Positions 54,194 to 63,518 of a stretch of 64,000 bases of DNA are shown here, one piece after another. How positions within the stretch are numbered: the stretch's first letter is position 1; every line of letters begins with the position of its first letter. The stretch lies in NCBI GenBank assembly GCA_902826065.1, contig CADEDM010000003.1:8045-72044 (forward strand). Reading direction: 5' to 3'. This DNA is from an uncultured Acidobacteriota bacterium. Its GTDB lineage: Bacteria > Acidobacteriota > Vicinamibacteria > Vicinamibacterales > UBA2999. Position numbers and translations under genes: made by a program. Below the pieces are notes generated by a model. That model saw nothing but the letters and a program-made list of their open reading frames with translations, searched no databases and was not told the origin of the DNA.

Positions 54194-55399
54194 GTGACCG
54201 AGGCCTTCATCTGCGACTTCGTCCGCACCCCCATCGGCCGCTATGGCGGCGCGCTGAAAGACGTGCGCACCGACGACCTGGCGGCGCATCCGCTGCGCGT
54301 GCTGCGCGGACGTCACGGCGGCGTCGACTGGGACGCGCTCGACGACGTGATTCTCGGCTGCGCGAACCAGGCCGGTGAGGACAACCGCAACGTCGCGCGC
54401 ATGGCGGTGCTGCTCTCGGGACTGCCGGTCACGGTGCCGGGCACGACCATCAACCGGCTCTGCGGATCGGGACTCGACGCCGTGGCGATGGCGGCCCGGG
54501 CGATTCGCTGCGGCGACGCCGACCTGGTGATTGCCGGCGGCGTCGAGAGCATGACGCGAGCGCCGTTCGTCCAGGGCAAGGCGACCGAGGCGTTCTCGCG
54601 CCAGGTCGAGGTCTTCGATACGACCATCGGCTGGCGGTTCGTGAACCCGCTGATCAAGGCGCAGTACGGCGTCGACTCGATGCCCGAGACCGGCGAGAAC
54701 GTGGCCGAGCAGTACCAGGTGTCACGTGAGTCGCAGGACCAGTTCGCGCTGCGGTCGCAGCAGCGCGTGGCGGCGGCGCGGGCCACCGGCTTCTTCGAGC
54801 GCGAGATCGCGCCGATCGACGTGCCCGTGAAGGGCGGCACGCAGACGGTGTCGGTAGACGAGCATCCCCGCGCTGACACCACGATCGAACAGCTCGCCAG
54901 GTTGAAGACGCCGTTCAAGAAGGTGGGCGGGACCGTGACGCCCGGGAACGCATCGGGCGTGAACGACGGCGCCGGGGCGCTGATCCTGGCGTCGGAGGCG
55001 GCCGCAAGGAAGCACGGGCTCACGCCGCGGGCGCGCGTGGTCGGTGCCGCCGCCGCGGGCGTCGAGCCGCGCATCATGGGCATCGGCCCGGCGCCGGCGG
55101 TGACCAGGCTGCTGGGGAAGACCGGCGTCGCGCTCGGCGACATCGACGTCATCGAGCTGAACGAGGCGTTTGCGTCGCAGGGACTCGCGGTGCTGCGGCT
55201 GCTGGGCCTGCCCGACGACGCCGACCTCGTCAATCCACACGGCGGCGCGATCGCGCTCGGACATCCACTGGGTATGTCGGGGGCGCGCCTGGCAATGACG
55301 GCCGTGAGCGCCCTCGAGGTGCGGCAGCAGCGGCGCGCGATCGCGACGATGTGCATCGGCGTGGGGCAGGGCCTGGCCGCCCTGATCGAGCGCGTATGA
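54194..55399 (+). CDS. paaJ: 3-oxoadipyl-CoA / 3-oxo-5,6-dehydrosuberyl-CoA thiolase
   Basis: 401 aa from a GTG start with AGGAG upstream. Thiolase motifs: NRLCGSGLDA, NEAFASQ, GGAIALGHPLGMSGAR, CIGVGQG. Confidence 0.92.
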   Translation: MTEAFICDFVRTPIGRYGGALKDVRTDDLAAHPLRVLRGRHGGVDWDALDDVILGCANQAGEDNRNVARMAVLLSGLPVTVPGTTINRLCGSGLDAVAMAARAIRCGDADLVIAGGVESMTRAPFVQGKATEAFSRQVEVFDTTIGWRFVNPLIKAQYGVDSMPETGENVAEQYQVSRESQDQFALRSQQRVAAARATGFFEREIAPIDVPVKGGTQTVSVDEHPRADTTIEQLARLKTPFKKVGGTVTPGNASGVNDGAGALILASEAAARKHGLTPRARVVGAAAAGVEPRIMGIGPAPAVTRLLGKTGVALGDIDVIELNEAFASQGLAVLRLLGLPDDADLVNPHGGAIALGHPLGMSGARLAMTAVSALEVRQQRRAIATMCIGVGQGLAALIERV

Positions 55400-56718
55400 C
55401 GACGCCGGCGCCATCGGCAGACGAGACGCGGGCCCTCGCGTACATCGCCGCCGCGGAAGGCGCGGCTCGCGAGGTGCCGGGGGTGGACGGCGTGTCGCCC
55501 CGAGCGCTCGAACGGGTCGTGATCATCGGCGGCGGCACGATGGGCGCCGGCATCGCCGTGTCGGCCGCCGAAGCCGGCCTCGGGGTGACGATCGTCGAGC
55601 GTGAGGACGCCGCCGCCGCGGCGCGCGATCGCGTGGCGGCCGTCTACGCGCGGCACGTGAAGCGCCAGCAACTCGATGCCAGTGCACTGGCCGCTCGACT
55701 CGCGCGCGTGACCGTGACCGGCGACTGGCAGGTGGTGGCCGGCGCGTCGCTCGTCATCGAGGCCGCGTTCGAGGACCTGGCGGTGAAGGCCGACATCTTC
55801 CGACGCGCCGACGCGCTCGCCCCGGCCGGCGCCATCCTTGCGACCAACACCTCGTATCTCGACGTCGACGCCATCGCCGCCGCCACGTCGCGTCCCGACG
55901 ACGTGCTCGGCCTGCACTTCTTCGCGCCGGCGAACGTCATGAAGCTGCTGGAGATCGTGCGCGCGGCGCAGACCGCGCCCGACGTGCTCGCCACCGGCCT
56001 CGACCTGGCGGCCCGCCTCGGCAAGCAGCCGGTGGTCGCCGGCGTGTGCGACGGCTTCATCGGCAATCGCATCTTCGCGGTCTATCGCCGGCACGCCGAG
56101 TACCTGCTCGAGGACGGCGCGTCTCCCGAGGCCATCGATGCGGCGATCGAAGCCTACGGGTTCGCGATGGGCCCGTTCGCCGTGTCGGACCTGTCGGGTC
56201 TGGACATCGGTTTCGCGATGCGGCGCCGTCGCGATGCCACGCGCGATCCGGGCGAACGCTACGTGGCGATTGCCGACCGGCTGGTCGACGCCGGCCGCCT
56301 GGGCCGGAAGACCGGCGCCGGCTGGTACGCCTACGACGCCGACAGCCGGAAGACGCCCGACCCCGTCGTCGCTGGCCTCGTCGCCACCGAGCGCGTCGCC
56401 CGCGGCGTCACGCAGCGGACGTTCACAGCCGACGAGATCCAGCGTCGGATCCTGGCCGTGCTCGCCAACGAGGGCGCGAAGGTGCTGGCCGACGGCATCG
56501 CGCTCCGCGCGTCGGACATCGACGTGACGCTGGTCAACGGCTACGGCTTCCCGCGCGCGAACGGCGGGCCGATGTACGCCGCCGATCGGCGCGGCCTGGC
56601 CACCGTGCTCGCCGACGTCGAGGCCGCGCATCGCGCTGGCGGCGTCGGCTCGGAGCCGGCGCCGTTGCTCGTCGACCTCGCCCGCTCCGGCGGCACGTTC
56701 GCCGGCTGGCGCCGCTGA
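55396..56718 (+). CDS. paaH: 3-hydroxyadipyl-CoA dehydrogenase
   Basis: The ATG at 55396 overlaps the paaJ stop. NAD fold VVIIGGGTMGAGIA, plus a 3HCDH C-terminal domain (DGFIGNRI, GPF...DLSGLD). Confidence 0.88.
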   Translation: MTTPAPSADETRALAYIAAAEGAAREVPGVDGVSPRALERVVIIGGGTMGAGIAVSAAEAGLGVTIVEREDAAAAARDRVAAVYARHVKRQQLDASALAARLARVTVTGDWQVVAGASLVIEAAFEDLAVKADIFRRADALAPAGAILATNTSYLDVDAIAAATSRPDDVLGLHFFAPANVMKLLEIVRAAQTAPDVLATGLDLAARLGKQPVVAGVCDGFIGNRIFAVYRRHAEYLLEDGASPEAIDAAIEAYGFAMGPFAVSDLSGLDIGFAMRRRRDATRDPGERYVAIADRLVDAGRLGRKTGAGWYAYDADSRKTPDPVVAGLVATERVARGVTQRTFTADEIQRRILAVLANEGAKVLADGIALRASDIDVTLVNGYGFPRANGGPMYAADRRGLATVLADVEAAHRAGGVGSEPAPLLVDLARSGGTFAGWRR

Positions 56719-56737
56719 CCGATTCAAGGAGACGCCC

Positions 56738-58792
56738 GTGTCGACCGTGCTGCAGAGTTACGCCCTCGATCAGTGGATGACGCCCACGGCGGGCCTGACC
56801 GACGTGCCGAGTGCCATCGACGGCCGCGTAGTAGCGCGCGTGTCCAGCGCCGGGCTGGACTTCCGCGCGATGGCGCACCACGCCCGCACCGTCGGGGCGC
56901 CCGCGTTGCGCGCCCTGACGTTCCACGAGCGCGCCGAGCGCCTCAAGTCGATCGCGCTGTATCTCACCGACCGCAAGGCGGCGCTCTATGCGCTGTCGGC
57001 CGACACCGGCGCCACGAAGACCGACAACCTGATCGACATCGACGGCGGCATCGGCACGCTGTTCGCGTACGCGTCGCGCGGCAAGCGCGAACTGCCCAGC
57101 GAGCGCTTCGTGGTGGACGGCATGACCGAGCCGCTGTCGAAGGGCGGGACCTTCTCGGGCGTCCACGTGCTGACCCCGCTGGCCGGCGTGGCCGTCCACG
57201 TCAACGCGTTCAACTTCCCGTGCTGGGGCATGCTCGAGAAGCTGGCGCCGGCCATCCTCGCGGGCATGCCCGTCATGACCAAGCCGGCCACGGCCACCGC
57301 GTATGTGGCGGAGTCGGTCGTGCGCCTGATCGTCGAGTCGGGCCTGCTGCCGGCCGGCGCGCTGCAGTTGGTCTGCGGGTCGGCCGGCGACCTGCTCGAT
57401 CACCTCAACGGCCAGGACGTGCTGTCGTTCACCGGCTCGATCGAGACGTCGTCGAAGCTGCGCAACCATCCGGTGGTCACGGCCAACGCCGTCCGCTTCA
57501 TCGCCGAACGCGATTCGCTCAACGCCGCGGTGCTGGGCACCGACGCGGTCGAGGGCACGCCCGAGTTCGACCTGTTCGTGAAGGAAGTGGCCCGCGAGAT
57601 GACCGTGAAGGCGGGGCAGAAGTGCACCGCGATCCGCCGGGTGTTCGTGCCGCGGGCGCTCGAAGCGGCCGTCACGACCGCACTCACGTCACGGCTCGAC
57701 GGCGCGACGATGGGCGATCCGCGGCAGGATGGCGTGCGGATGGGCCCGCTCGTGAGCCGCAGCCAGCGCGACGACGTTCGCGCGAAAATCCGCGAGATCG
57801 CGCGGGACGCCGAGATCGTCCACGGCGCGCCGTTCGCCGGCGACGACAGCCTGCCCGAGCCGTTGCGCGCCGGCGCCTTCCTGGCGCCGGTGCTGCTGCG
57901 CTGCGCGGCGCCGATGACCGCGACGGTCGCGCACACGACCGAGGCCTTCGGTCCCGTGGCGACGCTGATGCCGTACGACACGCTCGACGAGGCGGTGGCG
58001 CTGGTCGCGAAGGGCGAAGGCAGCCTGGTGGCGTCGGTGTTCACGCACGACGACGCGGTTGCCGACGCACTGGTGTTCGGCCTCGCGGCATTCCACGGGC
58101 GAGTACTGGTCGTCGACCGGGACTGCGCGAAGGAGTCGACCGGACACGGCTCGCCGCTGCCGATGCTCGTGCACGGCGGTCCCGGGCGGGCCGGCGGCGG
58201 GGAAGAGCTGGGCGGACTGCGCGGCGTGTATCACTACATGCAGCGCACGGCCCTGCAGGGCTCGCCACGCCGTCTCACGCAGCTCACCAGGCGGTGGGCG
58301 AGGGGGGCGCCGGCGCCGGCCGAGGGCGCGCATCCGTTCACGCGCGACTACGACACGCTCGAGATCGGCGAGACGGTGATGACGGCGCCGCGCGTCATCA
58401 CGCTCGAGGACATCGAGCACTTCGCGCGCTTCACCGGCGACACCTTCTACGCGCACATGAACGAGGCGGCGGCGAAGGCCAATCCGTTCTTCCCGGGCCG
58501 CGTCGCGCACGGCTACCTGATCCTGTCGTTCGCCGCCGGCCTGTTCGTGCAACCCGACCCCGGGCCGGTGCTCGCCAACTACGGCCTCGACCACCTGCGC
58601 TTCCTGAAGCCCGTCTCGCCCGGCGACACCATCGCCGTGCGCCTCACGGTGAAGCAGAAGCGCGCGGCGAAGGTGCCCGAGTACGGCGAGGTCCGGTGGG
58701 ACGTCGAGGTCTTCAACCAGGCGGGCGAGACGGTGGCGCAGTACGACCTGCTCACCATGAACGCCCGTCGGCTGGCGGCCGCGGCGTCGTAG
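56738..58792 (+). CDS. paaZ: Bifunctional oxepin-CoA hydrolase / 3-oxo-5,6-dehydrosuberyl-CoA semialdehyde dehydrogenase
   Basis: 684 aa from a GTG start with AAGGAGA upstream. It has an N-terminal aldehyde dehydrogenase domain (GQKCTAIRR) and a C-terminal MaoC hotdog domain (FARFTGDTFYAHMNEAAA, VAHGYL). Confidence 0.92.
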   Translation: MSTVLQSYALDQWMTPTAGLTDVPSAIDGRVVARVSSAGLDFRAMAHHARTVGAPALRALTFHERAERLKSIALYLTDRKAALYALSADTGATKTDNLIDIDGGIGTLFAYASRGKRELPSERFVVDGMTEPLSKGGTFSGVHVLTPLAGVAVHVNAFNFPCWGMLEKLAPAILAGMPVMTKPATATAYVAESVVRLIVESGLLPAGALQLVCGSAGDLLDHLNGQDVLSFTGSIETSSKLRNHPVVTANAVRFIAERDSLNAAVLGTDAVEGTPEFDLFVKEVAREMTVKAGQKCTAIRRVFVPRALEAAVTTALTSRLDGATMGDPRQDGVRMGPLVSRSQRDDVRAKIREIARDAEIVHGAPFAGDDSLPEPLRAGAFLAPVLLRCAAPMTATVAHTTEAFGPVATLMPYDTLDEAVALVAKGEGSLVASVFTHDDAVADALVFGLAAFHGRVLVVDRDCAKESTGHGSPLPMLVHGGPGRAGGGEELGGLRGVYHYMQRTALQGSPRRLTQLTRRWARGAPAPAEGAHPFTRDYDTLEIGETVMTAPRVITLEDIEHFARFTGDTFYAHMNEAAAKANPFFPGRVAHGYLILSFAAGLFVQPDPGPVLANYGLDHLRFLKPVSPGDTIAVRLTVKQKRAAKVPEYGEVRWDVEVFNQAGETVAQYDLLTMNARRLAAAAS

Positions 58793-58805
58793 CCGCCGCC
58801 GCAGG

Positions 58806-59642
58806 TCAGCGAGAGACGCTGACGTTCAGCGGCATCGTGCGTCCGGCGCGCACCTGCACGGTGCGCTGATACGGCGGCCGGCCCTCGACCCGCACCTCGA
58901 TCTCGTGGGGACCTTCGGGCAAGTCGATCAGGATCGGGCCGCCGCCTTCGGGCGCGTGCCATTCCTCGCCGTCGACGAGCAGCGTGGCGTTGGCGGGCTG
59001 TACGCGGACGGCCAGCGTGCCGAAGGCGGAGTCCGGCGGAGGCGGTGGCGCGTCGGGGAACGGCGCGCGTCGTCCCCCGGGTCCCCCCGGCCCCATCGCG
59101 GGATCCGTCGCGCCCGGTGACTGCGGCGACGTCGCCGCGGTCGGCCGCGGTCCGTTCGATTCGCCATTCGCCAGGGCGCGCATCTGCTGCCGGATGTCGA
59201 TCGTCGCGCCCGGCCTGAAGAGCAGCGTCTGGGTGATGGTCTCGAAGCCGTCGAGATAGAGGGTCAGCTCGTGTTCGCCTGGCGGGACGTCGAGCCGTTG
59301 GAAGACGCCGTCGAAGTCGTCGACGGTGCCGGCGAGGTAGCCGTCGACGTAGACCTCGGCTTGCTTCGGCGTGACGCGGAGCCGGGCGGAACCGGCGCCG
59401 TTACCGAAGTAGTCGGGCCCATACGGGCCGTACCAGCCCGGGCCCCACGCGGGTCCCCACCCGCCCCACCAGAACGGGTCGTAGTAGCCGTAGCCGAGGA
59501 AGACCCGCGGTGCGACCACGACGCCGCCGCGGACGGCCACGCGGCCTCGTCGTTGCGCCGCGGCCTCGATCGGCCAGGAAGTGAGCACGGCGGCGCAAAC
59601 GCCTGCGGCCGCCATGAATCGAAGAAGGCGTGCACGTGACAT
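58806..59642 (-). CDS. Exported PEGA-domain protein with Gly/Trp/Tyr-rich segment
   Basis: 278 aa from the ATG at 59642 (signal MSRARLLRFMAAAGVCAAVLTSWPIEAAAQ). Two PEGA-like modules: LRVTPKQAEVYVDGYLAG...PGEHELTL and LAVRVQPANATLLVDGEE...EGPHEIEV. Low-complexity stretch YGYYDPFWWGGWGPAWGPGWYGPYGPDYF. Confidence 0.75.
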   Translation of the reverse strand: MSRARLLRFMAAAGVCAAVLTSWPIEAAAQRRGRVAVRGGVVVAPRVFLGYGYYDPFWWGGWGPAWGPGWYGPYGPDYFGNGAGSARLRVTPKQAEVYVDGYLAGTVDDFDGVFQRLDVPPGEHELTLYLDGFETITQTLLFRPGATIDIRQQMRALANGESNGPRPTAATSPQSPGATDPAMGPGGPGGRRAPFPDAPPPPPDSAFGTLAVRVQPANATLLVDGEEWHAPEGGGPILIDLPEGPHEIEVRVEGRPPYQRTVQVRAGRTMPLNVSVSR

Positions 59643-59784
59643 GACTGACAGACTCCGGAGGCGGGCGCCACCACGTGAGGCAGCAACGACGATGCCATCT
59701 GTCGTGCGTCGGCGAGGTGCGCGACCGGCCCGGCAGATCGGGCGGGCCGACGCGGGATCGGCCCTTGCAGTCGGCGCCGGACGC

Positions 59785-60264
59785 ATGCCGAACCCGATCC
59801 AATCGTCGCCTGTGAGCGACACCCGTTGGCCGCGGCTGGGGACACTCGCCGTGGCCGTTGCGCTCGTCACTCTCACCGCCTGCGGCAAGGACAGTCCGAC
59901 GTCGCCCACCGACACGTCGACCACCGACACGGTGGCGTCGCCCACCATCACCGAAGATTTCGTCGGCACGGTGCCAGTGGGCGGCGCGCGATTCTATGCG
60001 TTCACGGTGGGGGAGAACGGCACCGTGAACGTGACCCTCACATCCGTGGGCGGCGCCAATGTCCCCTCCACCATGTGGCTGGCGCTGGGCATCGGGGTCC
60101 CGGACGCCGAGGACTGCACGACCTCCACTGCCGTGAACACCCAATCCGGTTCGAGTGCGCAGGTCACCGGCACCTACGCCCCCGGCATCTACTGCGCCCG
60201 CGTCGCCGACATCGGAAATCTCATCGCTCCGGCCAGCTTCGCGGTTACGATCGCTCATCCATGA
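59785..60264 (+). CDS. Small lipoprotein, paralog 1 of 3 (beta-sandwich/PPC-like, unknown function)
   Basis: ATG at 59785. Lipobox VTLTAC. Core: FYAFTVGENGTVNVTLTSV...LALGIGVP..EDC...GIYCARVADIG...FAVTIAHP*. Confidence 0.65.
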   Translation: MPNPIQSSPVSDTRWPRLGTLAVAVALVTLTACGKDSPTSPTDTSTTDTVASPTITEDFVGTVPVGGARFYAFTVGENGTVNVTLTSVGGANVPSTMWLALGIGVPDAEDCTTSTAVNTQSGSSAQVTGTYAPGIYCARVADIGNLIAPASFAVTIAHP

Positions 60265-60701
60265 AACAGGCGCAGGTCTTGGCAGTTGCCGCGGCCCTCG
60301 CCACGGCGCTGCTCGGAGCGGCGTGCGGGGACGAGACGGACGGCACCACACCCACTGGCCCCACCGGCGTGCCTTTCATCACCGAGTATTTCTCGGGGGT
60401 GATCGACTCCGGAGGCACCCGCTTCTACTCGTTCAACGTCACCACGTCGGGTCCGGTGACGGTGACGCTCGCCAGCATCACCAACGCCGACACCGGCCTG
60501 CCGTTGGGCCGGCCGCTGCGCGTGGGCGTCGGCCGGCCCTCGGGCACCGAGTGTCCGGTGGACGCAAGCACCGTGGTCCAGGCGGGTCTCGTCACGCAGC
60601 TGGCGCACATCGCGCCGACGGGCGTGAACTGCATCGACATCACGGACACCGTCGGCGTGCCGGGGCCGATTCAGTTCGCACTGCGGTTCACACACCCATG
60701 A
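60261..60701 (+). CDS. Small lipoprotein, paralog 2 of 3
   Basis: ATGA overlap with paralog 1. Lipobox LLGAAC. Core: FYSFNVTTSGPVTVTLASI...LRVGVGRP..TEC...GVNCIDITDTVG...FALRFTHP*. Confidence 0.7.
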   Translation: MKQAQVLAVAAALATALLGAACGDETDGTTPTGPTGVPFITEYFSGVIDSGGTRFYSFNVTTSGPVTVTLASITNADTGLPLGRPLRVGVGRPSGTECPVDASTVVQAGLVTQLAHIAPTGVNCIDITDTVGVPGPIQFALRFTHP

Positions 60702-61099
60702 CGGCGCGCGCCCTCGTCCTCCTGCTCACGCTCGGCGCGGCTGCCTGCTCGAACGACACCGCCAACCCGGTCGGGCCCACCACGGTGCCGCCGACCAGCT
60801 TCACCTACGCCACCACGTTCACTGCGCGCGGCTCGGTGACCCGTACGTTCGAGCAGGTCAGCCGCGGCGCGGTGAACATGACGCTCACCTCGGTGACGCC
60901 CGACGTGCCGCTCGGCATCGGCGTCGGGATGCCTCGGATCGACGGCGTGTGCGCGTTGACCAGCGTCACCACGACCACGGGCGGCACGTCGCCGCAGATC
61001 ACCATCACGGCCGATCCGGGCCTCTGGTGCGTGCGCGTGTGGGATCCGGGCACCGTGCCGGAGCTCGTCGGCTTCTCGATGTCCGTCACGCACAACTGA
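60698..61099 (+). CDS. Small lipoprotein, paralog 3 of 3
   Basis: ATGA overlap with paralog 2. Lipobox LGAAAC. Core: FEQVSRGAVNMTLTSV...LGIGVGMP..GVC...GLWCVRVWDPG...FSMSVTHN*. Confidence 0.7.
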   Translation: MTARALVLLLTLGAAACSNDTANPVGPTTVPPTSFTYATTFTARGSVTRTFEQVSRGAVNMTLTSVTPDVPLGIGVGMPRIDGVCALTSVTTTTGGTSPQITITADPGLWCVRVWDPGTVPELVGFSMSVTHN

Positions 61100-61142
61100 G
61101 CCGCGGCGCGGGCGGCGTCGACCGCGGCGGTATACTGCGATC

Positions 61143-61652
61143 GTGACGCGGCGCGCACGACGTCTCGTGGCCTCGATGGTGATGCTGGTGCTGGCCGGCA
61201 CGCCGGTGGCCGCATCGGCCTGCGCGCTGTGGTGCCCGGCAGGGGCGACGCACGCGCGCACCGCCACCGACCGTTCCGCCAGTGTGGACCCGATTGCCGC
61301 GGCCCGTGCCTGTGCGGCGACGCACGGCCACGAGGGCCCGGCCGGGCCAGTCGACGGCGCCACCCACACGGCCGATGCGGCCAGCCCGAGCGAGCCTGCC
61401 GATGCCGCGACCGCGGCGCTGACCCACCCTGCGGCATCCGTCGCCGCCGCGAGTGCGTGCTGCGACGTGCCGATCGTCGAGACGGTGCGAGTGGCCGCGT
61501 CGGTCGAGGCCTTGGTGTCCCACGCGCCGCCGTTGCAGCCGGTGCGGGTCGAGGCCCGCGACCGGTCCGAGCCGCCGCGCGTGGCATTCGCAGACGCGTC
61601 GCCTCCGGCCGCCGTTGCCCGGGCCATGCGCGCCCTCGTTCTCCGGATCTGA
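61143..61652 (+). CDS. Hypothetical N-terminally anchored Cys/His-containing protein upstream of copA
   Basis: 169 aa from a GTG start. TM/signal RLVASMVMLVLAGTPVAASA, followed by CALWC..H, CAATHGHE and ACC. GC3 is coding-like. Lies 96 nt upstream of copA on the same strand. Confidence 0.5.
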   Translation: MTRRARRLVASMVMLVLAGTPVAASACALWCPAGATHARTATDRSASVDPIAAARACAATHGHEGPAGPVDGATHTADAASPSEPADAATAALTHPAASVAAASACCDVPIVETVRVAASVEALVSHAPPLQPVRVEARDRSEPPRVAFADASPPAAVARAMRALVLRI

Positions 61653-61748
61653 TTCCCTGCGTCCCGGCGCGCCATGCGCCGATTCGCCGCCGTCCACCGG
61701 CGGCTCGCCCCGGCGTCGCCGACGCCGGGCCGTCGAGGGAGTCCGATC

Positions 61749-63518
61749 ATGTCCGTGCATCCGTCACGGCGGCGGTTCGTCAAGGGCCTCGCCGCCACCA
61801 CCGTCCTGGCCAGCGCCGGCCTCGTCCATCGCGAGGCGTGGGCGGCGCCGCTGCGCGGGCCGCAGCGCGAGCTCTCGGGCACGCGCTTCGATCTGACCAT
61901 CGGCGAGACGTCGGTGAACCTGACCGGTCGAGGTCGCGTGGCGCAGACGATCGACGGTTCGCTGCCCGGTCCGCTGCTGCGCTGGCGCGAGGGCGACACC
62001 GTGACGCTGCGTGTCGCCAACACGTTGCGCGAGCCGACGTCGATCCACTGGCACGGCCTGGTGCTGCCCGCCAACATGGACGGCGTGCCGGGCGTGAGCT
62101 TCGACGGCATCCCGGCCGGAGGCGCCTACGAATACCGCTTCACGGTGAAGCAGTCGGGCACCTACTGGTACCACAGCCACTCGGGTTTCCAGGAGCAGCG
62201 CGGCGTGGCCGGGCCGATCGTGATCGCGCCCCGCGAGCCGGACCCGATCGCGGTCGACCGCGAACACGTGGTGATGCTGAGCGACTGGACCGACGAGGAT
62301 CCTGCCCGCGTCCTCGCCAAGCTGAAGAAGCAGCCGGACTACTACAATTGGCGCCAGCGCACGCTGGGCACGTTTCTCGCCGACGTCCGCCGCGATGGTC
62401 TCTCCGCGACCCTCGCCGAGCGCCACCGGTGGGGCACGATGCGCATGAGCGCGGCCGACCTCGCCGACGTCACCGGCGCCACCTACACCTACCTCGTCAA
62501 CGGGCAGCCGCCGGCGGGGAACTGGACCGGCCTGGTCGCGCCGGGCGAGCGTGTGCGGCTGCGTCTCATCAACGGCTCGGGGATGACCTACTTCGACGTC
62601 CGCATCCCCGGTTTGCCGATGACGGTGGTGGCCGCCGACGGCCAGCCCGTGCAGCCGGTGACCGTCGACGAACTGCGCATCGCGGTGGCCGAGACCTACG
62701 ACGTCGTCGTCACCGCCGGCGCGCGCGAGGCCTACACGATCTTCGCGCAGGCCATGGATCGGACCGGCTATGCCGCGGCGACGCTGGCGGTGCGCGACGG
62801 ACTGCAGGCCCCGGTGCCGGAGGTCGACCCGCGCCTGGTGCTGAGCATGGCCGACATGGGGCACGCCATGGATCACGGGGCGCAGGCACCCACCGCTGCC
62901 GATCCGCACGCCGGCCACGCCATGCCCGTACCGCAGCCTGAAGACCCGCACGCCGGGCACGCGATGGCCGCGCCGACTGGAGGCGTCGGCCATCCCGACA
63001 CCGAGAACGGCAATCCGCTGGTCGACATGCAGGCTGCGGCGCCGACCTCGAAGCTCGACGATCCCGGTATCGGCCTGCGCGCCAACGGCCGGCGCGTGCT
63101 GACGTATGCCGACTTGAAGAGCACCTTCGCCGATCGCGATGGCCGCGAGCCGGCGCGCACGATCGAACTGCATCTCACCGGCCACATGGAGCGGTTCGCG
63201 TGGTCGTTCAACGGCGTGAAGTTCTCGGCGGCGGAGCCGATCCGCCTCGTCTACGGCGAGCGCGTCCGCGTCGTGCTCGTGAACGACACGATGATGACGC
63301 ACCCCATCCATCTGCATGGCCTGTGGAGCGATCTCGAGGACGACGCCGGCCGGTTCCAGGTGCGCAAGCACACCATCGACATGCCGCCCGGGAGCCGCCG
63401 CACCTATCGCGTCACGGCCGACGCGCTCGGTCGCTGGGCCTATCACTGCCATCTGCTGTTCCACATGGAGACGGGGATGATGCGCGAGGTGCACGTCGGC
63501 GAAGGGCGGACCTCGTGA
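61749..63518 (+). CDS. copA: Copper-resistance multicopper oxidase (CopA/PcoA type), Tat-exported
   Basis: ATG at 61749. Tat signal SRRRFVKGLAATTVLASAG. Cu sites: HWHG, WYHSH, HPIHLHG, HCHLLFHMETGM. His/Met-rich loop with DPHAGHAM repeated twice (about 62846-62998). Confidence 0.95.
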   Translation: MSVHPSRRRFVKGLAATTVLASAGLVHREAWAAPLRGPQRELSGTRFDLTIGETSVNLTGRGRVAQTIDGSLPGPLLRWREGDTVTLRVANTLREPTSIHWHGLVLPANMDGVPGVSFDGIPAGGAYEYRFTVKQSGTYWYHSHSGFQEQRGVAGPIVIAPREPDPIAVDREHVVMLSDWTDEDPARVLAKLKKQPDYYNWRQRTLGTFLADVRRDGLSATLAERHRWGTMRMSAADLADVTGATYTYLVNGQPPAGNWTGLVAPGERVRLRLINGSGMTYFDVRIPGLPMTVVAADGQPVQPVTVDELRIAVAETYDVVVTAGAREAYTIFAQAMDRTGYAAATLAVRDGLQAPVPEVDPRLVLSMADMGHAMDHGAQAPTAADPHAGHAMPVPQPEDPHAGHAMAAPTGGVGHPDTENGNPLVDMQAAAPTSKLDDPGIGLRANGRRVLTYADLKSTFADRDGREPARTIELHLTGHMERFAWSFNGVKFSAAEPIRLVYGERVRVVLVNDTMMTHPIHLHGLWSDLEDDAGRFQVRKHTIDMPPGSRRTYRVTADALGRWAYHCHLLFHMETGMMREVHVGEGRTS

